64,000 nt of DNA from an uncultured Gemmatimonadales bacterium (lineage in GTDB: Bacteria; Gemmatimonadota; Gemmatimonadetes; Longimicrobiales; RSA9), in assembly GCA_963816355.1 (NCBI GenBank), contig CAWFKH010000003.1:864001-928000 (forward strand). Reading direction: 5' to 3'. Within the stretch, counting starts at the first letter, position 1. Each line of letters starts with the position of its first letter. The position numbers were made by a program, and so were the translations under genes. The notes below the pieces were generated by a model. It did not search any database and was not told where the DNA came from. It saw only the letters and a program-made list of their open reading frames with translations. Below, one piece after another: positions 1 through 9,946 of this stretch.

Positions 1-1492
1 CTTCATCAACTTCCGTCTCGCCCGAGCCGCCGTCGGCGAGCGCCTCGCGAGGATCCTGCGGGAGGACCGCGCCTTCGGCCGCACCACGGCGGACCCGCGC
101 CTGCGCGTCGACGTCGAGTTCGTCTCCGCCAATCCGACCGGACCGCTGCACGTTGCCCACGGCCGCGGCGCCGCCCTGGGCGATGCGATCGCGAGCCTGC
201 TGGAGTGGAGCGGCCACGACGTCACGCGCGAGTTCTACATCAACGACGCGGGCACCCAGATCGACAAGCTGGTCGAGTCGATCGACGTGCGGCTGCGCCA
301 GCGCGCGGGCGAGGCCGCCGACATCCCCGAGGGCGGCTATCACGGCGAATACCTCGTCGCCCTCGCGGCCGATGCGGAGGCGGCGGGCCTCGGCGCGCCG
401 GCGGAACGGGCCGCCGCCGCGGATGGCTCCGCGGCGCGCGACGGGGAGCCGGCGGAGGCGCGGCGCGAGCGGCTGGAACGGCTCCGGGAATGGGCGGTCG
501 CGCGCCTGCTCGACGAGCAGAAGCGCGACCTGGCGGATTTCGGCCTCCACTTCGACGTCTACTATCCGGAGAGCCGGGTCTACGCGGAGGGCCTGGTGGA
601 GGACGCGCTCGCCGCCCTGGCCGACAAGGGGCTCCTCTACGAGGCGGACGGCGCGCGCTGGCTGCGCACCAGCGCCTTCGGCGACGACAAGGACCGCGTC
701 CTCGTGAAGGGCGACGGCACGCCGACGTATTTTCTCCCCGACATCGCGTACCATCGCGACAAGGCGATGCGCGGCTTCGACCGCGCAATCGACATCTGGG
801 GCGCGGACCACCACGGCTACATCCCGCGCATGCAGGCCGCCCTCGCCGGGCTCGGGCTCGCGGATCTTCTCGAGGTCGAGATCGTGCAGATCGTGCGCAT
901 CGTGCGCGGCGGCCGCGAGGTGCGGCTGAGCAAGCGGGCGGGCGAGATCGTCGCGCTGCGGGAGCTGGTCGAAGAGACGGGACGCGACGTCGCGCGCTAC
1001 TTCTTCCTCATGCGCCGCGGCGACGCGCAGATGCTCTTCGACCTCGACCTCGCGCTCGACCACTCGGAGAAAAACCCGGTCTACAAGATCCAGTACGCGC
1101 ACGCCCGCATGATGAGCATCTTCCGCAAGGCGGGCGTGGAGGCGGAGGGGATCGGCGCGGGCGACGCGGACGTGGTGCGGCTGGAAGAGGACGTCGAGCG
1201 CGAGCTGATCAAGCAGCTCGACGCGTTCCCCGAGGTGGTCGCGCGCGCCGCCGCGGTCCGCTCTCCGCACCTCGTGTGCGAGTACCTCGAGGCGACCGCG
1301 GGGGCCGTCAACTCCTGGTACCACGCCGGCAACCCGTCGCGGAACCCGGAGCTCGCCGTGCTCGCGGCCGACGACGCGCTGCGGCGCGCCCGCCTCGCGC
1401 TGGCGCGCGCGGTGCAGATCGTGCTGCGCAACGGGCTCCACCTTCTGGGCCTCGAAGCCCCCGACGTGATGCAGAGGGAGGAAGCGGAATGA
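1..1492 (+). CDS. argS: Arginyl-tRNA synthetase (5' end outside window)
   Basis: Frame open from base 2 (FINFRL...); VEFVSANPTGPLHVAHGR HIGH motif, IWGADHHGY, LSKRAG, NPVYKIQYAHAR. Confidence 0.97.
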   Translation, partial: FINFRLARAAVGERLARILREDRAFGRTTADPRLRVDVEFVSANPTGPLHVAHGRGAALGDAIASLLEWSGHDVTREFYINDAGTQIDKLVESIDVRLRQRAGEAADIPEGGYHGEYLVALAADAEAAGLGAPAERAAAADGSAARDGEPAEARRERLERLREWAVARLLDEQKRDLADFGLHFDVYYPESRVYAEGLVEDALAALADKGLLYEADGARWLRTSAFGDDKDRVLVKGDGTPTYFLPDIAYHRDKAMRGFDRAIDIWGADHHGYIPRMQAALAGLGLADLLEVEIVQIVRIVRGGREVRLSKRAGEIVALRELVEETGRDVARYFFLMRRGDAQMLFDLDLALDHSEKNPVYKIQYAHARMMSIFRKAGVEAEGIGAGDADVVRLEEDVERELIKQLDAFPEVVARAAAVRSPHLVCEYLEATAGAVNSWYHAGNPSRNPELAVLAADDALRRARLALARAVQIVLRNGLHLLGLEAPDVMQREEAE

Positions 1493-2418
1493 GTCTGCTG
1501 GTGGTGGGGAGCATCGCGCTCGACACCGTGACGACCCCGTTCGGCGCCGTCGAGAACACGCTCGGCGGCTCCGCCACGTATTTCAGCGCCGCCGCCTCGC
1601 ACTTCAGCGGCGTGAAGGTGGTCGGCGTGGTGGGAGAGGACTACCCGTTCGAGGCGCTGGACTTTCTGCGCTCCGCAGGCGTCGACCTCGCGGGCGTGTC
1701 GCGCGTATCCGGCGAGAGCTTCCGCTGGGCGGGCGAGTACACCTTCGACCTCAACACGGCGCGCACGGTCGAGACCCGCCTCGGCGTCTTCGCGGACTTC
1801 CGGCCCCGGATCCCCGAGGCGTTCCGCGACGCGGAGTGGGTCTTCCTCGCGAACATCGACCCGGTCCTGCAGCTCGAGGTGCTCGAGCAGGTGCGCGCGC
1901 CGCGCCTCGTCGCCTGCGACACGATGAACTACTGGATCGATGGCCGCCGCGACGAGCTGCTCGAGCTGCTCCGCCGCGTCGACGTCTTCCTCGTCAACGA
2001 CGCCGAGATCCGCGCCCTCACCGGCGAGCACAACCTGCTCAAGGCGGCGCGCGAGGTGCAGCGGCGCGGTCCCGGCATCGTCGTCGTGAAGAAGGGCGAG
2101 CACGGGGCGATGCTCTTCACGCCGGATCTGATCTTCTTCGCGCCCGGCTTCCCGCTGGAGGACATCTTCGATCCGACCGGCGCGGGGGACGCGTTCGCCG
2201 GCGGCTTTCTCGGCCACATCGCGCGCAGCGCCTCGACGCGGCCCGAAGAGCTGCGGCGCGCCATGGTGTACGGCTCCACCATGGGGTCCTTCGCCGTCGA
2301 ACGATTCGGCATCGACCGTTTCCGCGACCTCACGCCCGCGGGGATCGATGCGCGCTTCGCCGCGTTCCGGGAGATCACCGCCTTCGAGCAACCGATCCCC
2401 GCCGACGCCCGTGCCTGA
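1489..2418 (+). CDS. PfkB/ribokinase-family carbohydrate or nucleoside kinase
   Basis: MSLLVVGSIALD start overlapping argS stop (ATGA); GGSATY and DPTGAGDAFAGG PfkB signatures. Confidence 0.92.
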   Translation: MSLLVVGSIALDTVTTPFGAVENTLGGSATYFSAAASHFSGVKVVGVVGEDYPFEALDFLRSAGVDLAGVSRVSGESFRWAGEYTFDLNTARTVETRLGVFADFRPRIPEAFRDAEWVFLANIDPVLQLEVLEQVRAPRLVACDTMNYWIDGRRDELLELLRRVDVFLVNDAEIRALTGEHNLLKAAREVQRRGPGIVVVKKGEHGAMLFTPDLIFFAPGFPLEDIFDPTGAGDAFAGGFLGHIARSASTRPEELRRAMVYGSTMGSFAVERFGIDRFRDLTPAGIDARFAAFREITAFEQPIPADARA

Positions 2419-3463
2419 GCGCGCCACCACCGGCTCGCCGGGGATCCGCTACCGCGACGCCGGCGTCGACCGCGACGCGGCCGCGCGCGCGAAAGCCCGC
2501 ATCGCTGACGTCGTCGCCGCGACGCGCACGCCGGGCGTGCTGTCGCAGCCGGGCGGCTTTGGCGGCCTCTTCCGCGCCCCCTCCGGTCTGCGCGATCCCG
2601 TCCTGGTGGCGAGCGCGGATGGCGTCGGCACCAAGCTGAAGGTGGCGATGCGCGCGAACCGCCACGACACCGTCGGCGAGGATCTCGTCAACCACTGCGT
2701 GGACGACATCCTGGTCGAGGGCGCGCGGCCGCTCTTCTTCCTCGACTACATCGGCATGGGCCAGCTCGAGGAGGGGACCGTGGCGGCGGTCGTCGAAGGC
2801 ATCGGGCGCGGCTGCCGTGCCAACGGCTGCGCCCTCCTCGGCGGCGAGACCGCGGAAATGCCGGACTTCTACGCGCCCGGCGAGTACGACCTCGCCGGCT
2901 TCGTCGTCGGCGCCGTCGAGGGCGAGCGTCGCCCCGGCGCGGAGCGCGTTCGATCCGGCGACGTGCTGATCGGCCTTCCCGGCACCGGATTTCACACTAA
3001 CGGCTACTCTTTGCTGCGCCGCATCCTCTTCGAACGGCTCGCGCTCGGGCCGGACGACCGCTTTCCGGACCTCGACGCATCGGTCGCCGATGTGCTGCTG
3101 CGCGTCCATCCGAGCTATCTCGAGGCGGTCGCGCCCCTCCTCGACGAGGACCTCGTACACGCGCTCGCCCACATCACCGGCGGCGGCATCCCGGAGAACC
3201 TGGCGCGCGTCGTTCCGGACGGCCTCAGCGCGCACGTGCGCCGCGATGCGTGGCGGCCCCCACCGGAGTTCGGCGCCGTGCAGCGCGCCGGCCAGGTGCC
3301 GGAGGAGGAGATGTTCCGCACCTTCAACATGGGGATCGGCATGATCCTCGCCGTTGCGCCCGCCGATTGCGGCGCCGCGCTGGAGCGGCTCGCCGGCAGC
3401 GCCACGGGGGCGCACGTGATCGGCGAGGTCGCCGCGGGTGAGCGGCGCGTCGTCCTCGACTGA
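2411..3463 (+). CDS. purM: Phosphoribosylformylglycinamidine cyclo-ligase (AIR synthetase)
   Basis: YRDAGVD, GGFGGLF, ADGVGTK, GGETAEMP, HITGGG, TFNMGIG; GTG start at 2411 inferred. Confidence 0.96.
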   Translation: MPERATTGSPGIRYRDAGVDRDAAARAKARIADVVAATRTPGVLSQPGGFGGLFRAPSGLRDPVLVASADGVGTKLKVAMRANRHDTVGEDLVNHCVDDILVEGARPLFFLDYIGMGQLEEGTVAAVVEGIGRGCRANGCALLGGETAEMPDFYAPGEYDLAGFVVGAVEGERRPGAERVRSGDVLIGLPGTGFHTNGYSLLRRILFERLALGPDDRFPDLDASVADVLLRVHPSYLEAVAPLLDEDLVHALAHITGGGIPENLARVVPDGLSAHVRRDAWRPPPEFGAVQRAGQVPEEEMFRTFNMGIGMILAVAPADCGAALERLAGSATGAHVIGEVAAGERRVVLD

Positions 3464-3480
3464 GGGGAGGAGGGTCGAAG

Positions 3481-4479
3481 GTGCCTTCGACGAAACGAGT
3501 TCTCCGTGGCACGGCCGCGCTCGCCGCGGCCGCGCTCGCGTTCACGCCGGTCCGCGGCGCCGCTCAGCTCGTCGAGCAGTGCGCGAGCCATTCCGGCGGC
3601 TTCGAGCAGGTCCAGCGCTACTGCAACCTCGTGGCGCAGACGGTCGAGATCTCGCAGCCGCGGCTGGGTCTGGGCCTGAGCGGAGGCGACCCCGTGGCGG
3701 GCAGCGCCAGCACTCTCGGGATGCGGCTGGGCTCGCCGCGCGTCGCCGTGGGCGTGCGCGGCACGGTCGTGGTCACGCGCATCCCGGACATCCGCACCGA
3801 GTCGGCGCAGGGCCGACTCACGTTCCCGCTCGGCAGCATCGACGCGGACGCGGCGATCGGCCTCTACTCCGGCTTCTCGCCCGCGCCGACCGTGGGCGGC
3901 GTGGGATCGCTCGATCTGCTGGGAAGCATCGGCATCATCCCGGTGCCGAACGACCAGGGTTTCGCCGCCCGCGTGCCCGTCACGTGGGGGATCGGCGCCC
4001 GCCTGGGACTGCTGCGCGAGTCGTTCACCGCGCCCGGCATCTCCGTCAGCGCCATGTACCGCTCCCTGGGGAACGTGCTCTACGGCGACACCGCGCTGCA
4101 GCGGCAGGACGCCTTCTTCGAATCGGACCTGCGCGGCGTCAGCCTGCGCGCCGTCGCCGGCAAGAGCCTCTCCTTCCTCTCCCTCACGGCGGGCGCCGGC
4201 TACGACTCCTGGCGCAGCGATGTCGCGTTCGGCGCCGTCGCCACGGTTGCGGCGCCCGTGAGCCGCTTCGAGGTGCGCATCCCCGCGACGCGCCTGACGA
4301 CGCACCGCGCCTCCGTCTTCGCGGACGTCGGCCTCAACTTCGTCGTGCTCACGCTGGTCGGAGAGGTCGGCTGGCAGGCGGGCACTTCGCTGCCCGCCGT
4401 CCCTCTGCCGCAGGGCGCCACGCTGTCGCCCCGCGACGGCGCCGTCTTCGGCGGCCTGGCGCTCCGCCTCACGCTGTGA
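3481..4479 (+). CDS. Hypothetical exported protein, possibly outer-membrane beta-barrel
   Basis: Signal-peptide-like N-terminus, alternating hydrophobic beta-strand pattern, C-terminal GGLALRLTL; RBS GAGG upstream; stop overlaps ribD ATG. Confidence 0.7.
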   Translation: MPSTKRVLRGTAALAAAALAFTPVRGAAQLVEQCASHSGGFEQVQRYCNLVAQTVEISQPRLGLGLSGGDPVAGSASTLGMRLGSPRVAVGVRGTVVVTRIPDIRTESAQGRLTFPLGSIDADAAIGLYSGFSPAPTVGGVGSLDLLGSIGIIPVPNDQGFAARVPVTWGIGARLGLLRESFTAPGISVSAMYRSLGNVLYGDTALQRQDAFFESDLRGVSLRAVAGKSLSFLSLTAGAGYDSWRSDVAFGAVATVAAPVSRFEVRIPATRLTTHRASVFADVGLNFVVLTLVGEVGWQAGTSLPAVPLPQGATLSPRDGAVFGGLALRLTL

Positions 4480-5588
4480 TGGCCGCGGACGGCGAGCGCC
4501 GCTTCCTCGATCTCGCCTTCGATCTGGCCGAGGCCGGCTGGGGCGCCGTCCACCCCAATCCGCTCGTCGGCGCCGTCGTCGTCCGCGATGGCGCCGTCGT
4601 GGGCCGCGGCGCGCACCGCCGCTTCGGCGGCGACCACGCCGAGATCGAGGCGCTGCGCGACGCCGGCGACGCCGCCCGCGGCGCGGATCTGTACGTGACG
4701 CTCGAGCCGTGCGCCCACCACGGCAAGACGCCGCCGTGCTGCGACGCCATCGCCGCCGCCGGCATCCGCCGCGTCGTCTTCGCCGCCGCCGACCCCACCG
4801 CCCTCGCCGGGGGCGGCGCGGGCCGCCTCGCCGCCGCAGGGATCGATGTCGTGGGGCCTCTCGCGCCGGAGCGTGCGCGGGCGCAGAACGCGATCTTCTT
4901 CCATGCCGCCGCCGCGCGCGGCCCGTTCCTCGCCCTCAAGTACGCGCTGTCGCTCGACGCGCGCCTCTCCCGTACGGCGGACGCTCCCACCGACATCACG
5001 GGCGATCTCGCGCGGCGGGACGCGCATCGGCTGCGCGCCGGCTACGATGCGCTCCTCGTCGGGCGCGGCACCGCGCTGGCCGACGATCCGCGTCTCACCG
5101 TCCGCGGCGACGTGCGGCCGCGCCGTCCCCCGCTGCGCGTCGTGCTCGACGCCGGCGCACGCCTGGCGCCCGATTCCCGCCTCGCCTCCACCGCCCGTGA
5201 TGCGCCGCTGCGCGTCTACGTCGGCTCGGACGCTCCGGCCGAGCGGCGCAGCGCGCTCGAGCGCCGCGGCGCCACGGTGCGCCAGGTGGGGCGCGGCGAG
5301 GACGGCCTCGACGTCGCCGCGGTGCTCGCCGACCTCGCCGGCGACGGCGTCGCCTCGATCCTGTGCGAGGGCGGAGGCCGGCTCGGCGCGAGCCTGCTGC
5401 GCCGCGACGTCGTCGAGCGTCTCCACCTCTACGCCGCGCCGCTTCTCCTCGGCGAGTCGGCGGTGGCGGCGTTCCCCGGCGGCTTCCCGGCGATGGAGGG
5501 CGCGGCCGCGCCCTGCTGGCGGCGCACCGCCGTGCGCGAGCTGGGCACCGACCTGCGCGTCGATTACGACCGCCTCCGGGAGCGCTGA
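4479..5588 (+). CDS. ribD: Riboflavin biosynthesis deaminase/reductase
   Basis: PNPLVGAVVV, HAE, TLEPCAHHGKTPPC zinc deaminase motif; EGGGRL reductase motif. Confidence 0.96.
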   Translation: MAADGERRFLDLAFDLAEAGWGAVHPNPLVGAVVVRDGAVVGRGAHRRFGGDHAEIEALRDAGDAARGADLYVTLEPCAHHGKTPPCCDAIAAAGIRRVVFAAADPTALAGGGAGRLAAAGIDVVGPLAPERARAQNAIFFHAAAARGPFLALKYALSLDARLSRTADAPTDITGDLARRDAHRLRAGYDALLVGRGTALADDPRLTVRGDVRPRRPPLRVVLDAGARLAPDSRLASTARDAPLRVYVGSDAPAERRSALERRGATVRQVGRGEDGLDVAAVLADLAGDGVASILCEGGGRLGASLLRRDVVERLHLYAAPLLLGESAVAAFPGGFPAMEGAAAPCWRRTAVRELGTDLRVDYDRLRER

Positions 5589-6193
5589 TGTTCACGGGCA
5601 TCGTCGAGGAAGTCGGCACCATCGCGGGCGTCGAAGACGTAGGCGACGGGCGCCGCCTGCGCATCGCTGCCGGCTTCGCCGCCGCGCTCGTGGATGGCGA
5701 GTCGGTCGCGATCGCCGGCGTGTGCCAGACCGTGGTCTCACGTGACGCGGATTCGTTCACCGTCGAGGCGATCGCGACGACGCTGTCACGCACCACGCTC
5801 GGCGCGCTCGCGGCGGGGGACCGCGTCAACCTGGAGCGGGCGCTGGCGTTCGGCGCGCGGCTCGGCGGGCATCTGGTGCAGGGGCACGTCGACGGCGTGG
5901 GCCGCGTCGTGCGCGTGGAGGCGGCGGGTGAGCACGTCCTCGTCGACGTGGCGCTGCCGCCGCTCGTGGCGGAGGTGGCGGTGCTGCACGGCTCGATCGC
6001 GGTCGACGGCGTGAGCCTGACGGTGAACGCGCGACCCGCCGCGGGCGTCGCGCAGGTCGCGCTCATCCCCTTCACCCGGGAACACACGACGCTCTCCGCC
6101 CTTTCGTCGGGTGACGAGGTGAACCTCGAGGGCGACATGCTCGGTCGCTTCGTGGTCGACTATCTGAAGCGAACCGGAGGCTCGCGGGTATGA
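5588..6193 (+). CDS. ribE: Riboflavin synthase (alpha chain)
   Basis: MFTGIVEE N-terminus, VNLERAL, GGHLVQGHVDG. Confidence 0.97.
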   Translation: MFTGIVEEVGTIAGVEDVGDGRRLRIAAGFAAALVDGESVAIAGVCQTVVSRDADSFTVEAIATTLSRTTLGALAAGDRVNLERALAFGARLGGHLVQGHVDGVGRVVRVEAAGEHVLVDVALPPLVAEVAVLHGSIAVDGVSLTVNARPAAGVAQVALIPFTREHTTLSALSSGDEVNLEGDMLGRFVVDYLKRTGGSRV

Positions 6194-7494
6194 GCGACCG
6201 GATGACACCCGGGATCACAGCGCAGGGGCGCAAAACGATGGGACTCGACCGCGTCGAGGACGCGATTCGCGACGTTCGCGAAGGGCGCCTCGTCATCGTC
6301 GCCGACGACGAGGACCGCGAGAACGAGGGCGACCTCGTCGCCGCCGCGGCAAAGATCACGCCCGAGATGGTCAACTTCATGGCCTCCCACGGGCGGGGTC
6401 TGATCTGCGTCGCGCTCACGGCGGACCGCGCCGACGCGCTCGATCTGCCGCTGATGACGGAGATCAACAAGGAGGGCTTCGGCACCGCCTTCACGATCTC
6501 GGTCGACGCCCACCCCCGCTTCGGCGTCACGACCGGCATCAGCGCGCGCGACCGCGCCCGCACGATCGCGCTGCTCGCCGGCGACGACACCTCGGCCACC
6601 GACCTGCGGCGGCCCGGCCACGTCTTCCCGCTGCGCGCGGTGCCCGGCGGCGTGCTGCGGCGCGTCGGTCAGACCGAAGCGTCCGTCGACCTCGCCCGGC
6701 TCGCCGGTCTGCCGCCGGTCGGCGTCATCTGCGAGATCATGAACGAGGATGGTAGCATGGCGCGCCGGCCGCAGCTCGAGCGCTTCGCCGCGGAGCACGA
6801 CCTGCGCTTCGTCACCGTCGCCGACATCGTCGCCTACCGCCTGCGCACCGAGCGCCTGGTCCACCGCATCGCGGAGGCGGTGCTGCCGACGAAGCACGGC
6901 GATTTCCGCATCATCGCCTACGAGAACCAGATCGACGGCCGCGAGCACGTGGCGATGGTGAAGGGCGAGATCGCGGGCCACGAGGACGTCCTCGTACGCA
7001 TGCACTCGGAGTGCCTGACGGGGGACGTCTTCCATTCGCTGCGCTGCGACTGCGGCGAACAGCTCCACGCGGCGATGCGGCGCATCGACGAGGAAGGCGA
7101 GGGCGCCGTCGTATACCTGCGCCAGGAGGGGCGCGGCATCGGGTTCGGCAACAAGATCCGCGCGTATTCGCTGCAGGACAATGGGCAGGACACGGTGGAG
7201 GCGAACGAGTCGCTCGGCTTCAAGCCGGACCTGCGCGACTACGGGATCGGCGCCCAGATCCTGCTCGATCTGGGGCTCTCCTCGATCCGCATCCTGACCA
7301 ACAATCCGCGCAAGGTCGTGGGGCTCGAGGGCTACGGTCTGAAGATCACCGGCCGCGAGCCGATCCAGACTCAGCCGACGGACCACAACCGCGATTATCT
7401 GGTCGCGAAGCGGGAGAAGCTCGGGCACCTGCTCACGGACCTCGAGATCGAGCGTCGCGAGGCCGACGCGCCGGACCGCGCGGAGAGCGCCTGA
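6190..7494 (+). CDS. ribBA: Bifunctional DHBP synthase / GTP cyclohydrolase II
   Basis: DDEDRENEGD, RPGHVFPL, RMHSECLTGDVFHSLRCDCG, LTNNPRK; alternative start at 6238. Confidence 0.97.
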   Translation: MSDRMTPGITAQGRKTMGLDRVEDAIRDVREGRLVIVADDEDRENEGDLVAAAAKITPEMVNFMASHGRGLICVALTADRADALDLPLMTEINKEGFGTAFTISVDAHPRFGVTTGISARDRARTIALLAGDDTSATDLRRPGHVFPLRAVPGGVLRRVGQTEASVDLARLAGLPPVGVICEIMNEDGSMARRPQLERFAAEHDLRFVTVADIVAYRLRTERLVHRIAEAVLPTKHGDFRIIAYENQIDGREHVAMVKGEIAGHEDVLVRMHSECLTGDVFHSLRCDCGEQLHAAMRRIDEEGEGAVVYLRQEGRGIGFGNKIRAYSLQDNGQDTVEANESLGFKPDLRDYGIGAQILLDLGLSSIRILTNNPRKVVGLEGYGLKITGREPIQTQPTDHNRDYLVAKREKLGHLLTDLEIERREADAPDRAESA

Positions 7495-7973
7495 TGGCCG
7501 AGCTCCGCGCGGATCTCGATGGGTCCGGTCAGCGCTTCGCCATCGTCGTCAGCCGCTTCAACGCGCCGATCACCGAATCGCTGCTCGAGGCTGCCCGCGC
7601 CACGCTGAGCGAGCACGGCGTGGCGGCCGGCGACGTCCTGGTCGTCCACGTGCCCGGCGCCTGGGAGATCCCGCTCGCCGCCACCCTCCTGGCCGACCGC
7701 GACGAGTACGCGGCGATCCTCGCACTCGGCTGCATCATCCGCGGCGAGACGCCGCATTTCGACTACATCGCGGGCGCGACTGCGCGCGAGCTCGCCGCCC
7801 TCGCCGTGCGCCGCCGTACCCCGATCGTCTTCGGCGTCCTCACGACCGACGATGCCGAGCAGGCGTGGGCCCGCGCCGGGGGAGGGGAGCGCAACAAGGG
7901 ACGCGAGGCCGCCCTCGCCGCCCTCGAGATCGCCGGCGTCGCCGCCGATCTGCGGCGGGAGCCGCGCCCGTGA
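7494..7973 (+). CDS. ribH: 6,7-dimethyl-8-ribityllumazine synthase
   Basis: IVVSRFN, VPGAWEIP, GCIIRGETPHFDYI, FGVLT, NKG. Confidence 0.97.
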   Translation: MAELRADLDGSGQRFAIVVSRFNAPITESLLEAARATLSEHGVAAGDVLVVHVPGAWEIPLAATLLADRDEYAAILALGCIIRGETPHFDYIAGATARELAALAVRRRTPIVFGVLTTDDAEQAWARAGGGERNKGREAALAALEIAGVAADLRREPRP

Positions 7974-8401
7974 AGCGATCGCGGTCCCGGGCCCGGGCCT
8001 GGGTCCTCCAGATGCTGTACGCATGGGACGTGAGGGCGGGAGCCGAGCCGATCGAGGCGGTGCGCCGCGAGTTCTTCGAGAACCGCCGCATCAGCGAGGC
8101 GAGCCGCGCCTACATCGGCCGCCTCACCGACGTCCTCGCCGAACGCCGCGCGGGCATCGACGACGCGGTCGAGGCGTGCCTCACCAACTGGCGCATGGAG
8201 CGGCTCGCCGTGATCGATCGCAACGTGCTCCGCATCGCGGCCGCGGAGATCCTCTTCATGCCGGACGTCCCGCCCCGCGTCGCCATCCAGGAGGCGATCT
8301 ACCTGGCGGAGAAGTACGGCACGGCCGACAGCCCCCGCTTCGTCAACGGCGTGCTCGACGCGCTGATGCGCCGCGCGCAGCCGGCCGCCCGCGACTCCTG
8401 A
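7970..8401 (+). CDS. nusB: Transcription antitermination factor NusB
   Basis: RSRARAWVLQMLY, WRMERLAVIDRNVLR, FVNGVLD; canonical position after ribH. Confidence 0.95.
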   Translation: MKRSRSRARAWVLQMLYAWDVRAGAEPIEAVRREFFENRRISEASRAYIGRLTDVLAERRAGIDDAVEACLTNWRMERLAVIDRNVLRIAAAEILFMPDVPPRVAIQEAIYLAEKYGTADSPRFVNGVLDALMRRAQPAARDS

Positions 8402-8415
8402 CGGAAGGGGCCGCG

Positions 8416-9540
8416 TTGGAGATCCTCGTCCTCAACTGGCAGGATCGGCTCAACCCGCTCGGAGGCGGAGCCGAGACCCACCTGCACGAGATCTTCGGCC
8501 GCCTCGCGGCGCGCGGCCACGCCGTCACCCTGCTCACCTCCGGCTGGCCCGGCTCGGCGCCGCGCGAGACGGTGGACGGGATGGACGTGCACCGCACCGG
8601 ACGGCGTTATACATTCAACGTCGTGGCCCCTCGTTACTACCGGAGGCACCTGCGCGGCCGTGCTTTCGACGTGGTGGTGGAGGATCTCAACAAGGTTCCG
8701 GTATACACGCCCCTGTGGGTGCGCCGGCCGCTCGTCCTGCTGGTGCACCACCTCTTCGGCCTCGTCGCCTTTCAGGAGGTCGCCCCCTACATCGCGGCCC
8801 CTACCTGGCTCCTCGAACAGCCGCTGCCGTGGATCTACCGCGGCGTTCCGGTCGAGGCGGTCTCGCAGAGCACGGCGGACGACCTGCGGCGGCGCGGCTT
8901 CCGCTCCGAGATCGAGATCATCCCGAACGGCGTGGACACGCGCTTCTTCCGCCCCGGCACGGGCGAGCGCTTCGAGACGCCCACGCTCCTCTACATGGGC
9001 CGACTCAAGCGGTACAAGCGCGTCGACCTCATCATCCGCGCGCTCGCCCGCCTGCGTGATTCGGGGCACGCCGGCATCCGGCTCGTCGTCGGCGGTCGCG
9101 GGGACTACGACGCCAGCCTGCACGCGCTCGCCCGCCGCCTGGGCGTCGATGACGCGGTCGACTTCGCCGGCTACGTCAGCGAGGACGAGAAGCTCCGCCT
9201 GCTGCAACGGAGCTGGGTGCACCTGCTCACGTCGCCGAAGGAGGGGTGGGGCATCTCGAACCTGGAGGCGGCCGCGTGCGGCACGCCCAGCGTGGCCAGT
9301 GATTCGCCGGGCCTGCGCGACTCCGTGGCCGACGGCCGCACCGGCTTCCTGGTGCCGCACGGCGACGTCGCCGCGATCGCCGACCGCGTCCGCGCGATCG
9401 TCGAGGATCCGGCGCTGCGCGAGCGCCTCGGCACGCAGGCGCGCGAATTCGCCGAACGGCACAGCTGGGAACACGCCGCCGATCTGACGGAGAGGCACCT
9501 GGAGCACGTCGCGGGGTCCGAACGAGTGAGGAGAGCGTGA
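8416..9540 (+). CDS. Glycosyltransferase family 4
   Basis: NWQDRLNPLGGGAE, IPNGVD, GRLKRYKR, EGWGISNLEAAACG (E-x7-E); TTG start inferred. Confidence 0.92.
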   Translation: MEILVLNWQDRLNPLGGGAETHLHEIFGRLAARGHAVTLLTSGWPGSAPRETVDGMDVHRTGRRYTFNVVAPRYYRRHLRGRAFDVVVEDLNKVPVYTPLWVRRPLVLLVHHLFGLVAFQEVAPYIAAPTWLLEQPLPWIYRGVPVEAVSQSTADDLRRRGFRSEIEIIPNGVDTRFFRPGTGERFETPTLLYMGRLKRYKRVDLIIRALARLRDSGHAGIRLVVGGRGDYDASLHALARRLGVDDAVDFAGYVSEDEKLRLLQRSWVHLLTSPKEGWGISNLEAAACGTPSVASDSPGLRDSVADGRTGFLVPHGDVAAIADRVRAIVEDPALRERLGTQAREFAERHSWEHAADLTERHLEHVAGSERVRRA

Positions 9541-9578
9541 CGCTCGTCCCGAAACCGACCGCCGAACCTGGGGGGATC

Positions 9579-9917
9579 ATGAACGTGAGCATCACGGCAC
9601 GCCACTGTTCATTGACCACGGTCATGCGCCGCCGCGCAATGGAACGGATCGCGCGCCTGAGCCGCTTCGACGACCGCATTCTCACGGCGGAGCTGATCTG
9701 CGAGGAGGACAGGGGGAGGACGACCGTCGAGGTCCGGCTGCACGTGCCCGCCACCGCTCCGCTCATCGCCCACGCCACCGCGGACGAGTTCCGCATCGGA
9801 CTCGACAGCGTGATCGCGAAGCTCGCTCGCCAGCTCAAGCGGGCCCGCGAGCGCCGCCTGCGACACCGCGGCGAGGGGATCGCCGACCTCGACTCCGGCG
9901 CCGCAGTGGGCGTCTGA
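9579..9917 (+). CDS. hpf: Ribosome hibernation promoting factor HPF/RaiA (short form)
   Basis: MNVSITARH...IDS/LDSVIAKLARQLKR pattern; located before hprK. Confidence 0.85.
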   Translation: MNVSITARHCSLTTVMRRRAMERIARLSRFDDRILTAELICEEDRGRTTVEVRLHVPATAPLIAHATADEFRIGLDSVIAKLARQLKRARERRLRHRGEGIADLDSGAAVGV

Positions 9918-9946
9918 GGCGGCCCGGAAAGGAACGCACGGAGACC

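Noticed and set aside
3464..4479. FMN riboswitch for the rib operon
   Set aside because: No intergenic space before ribD and no RFN consensus seen
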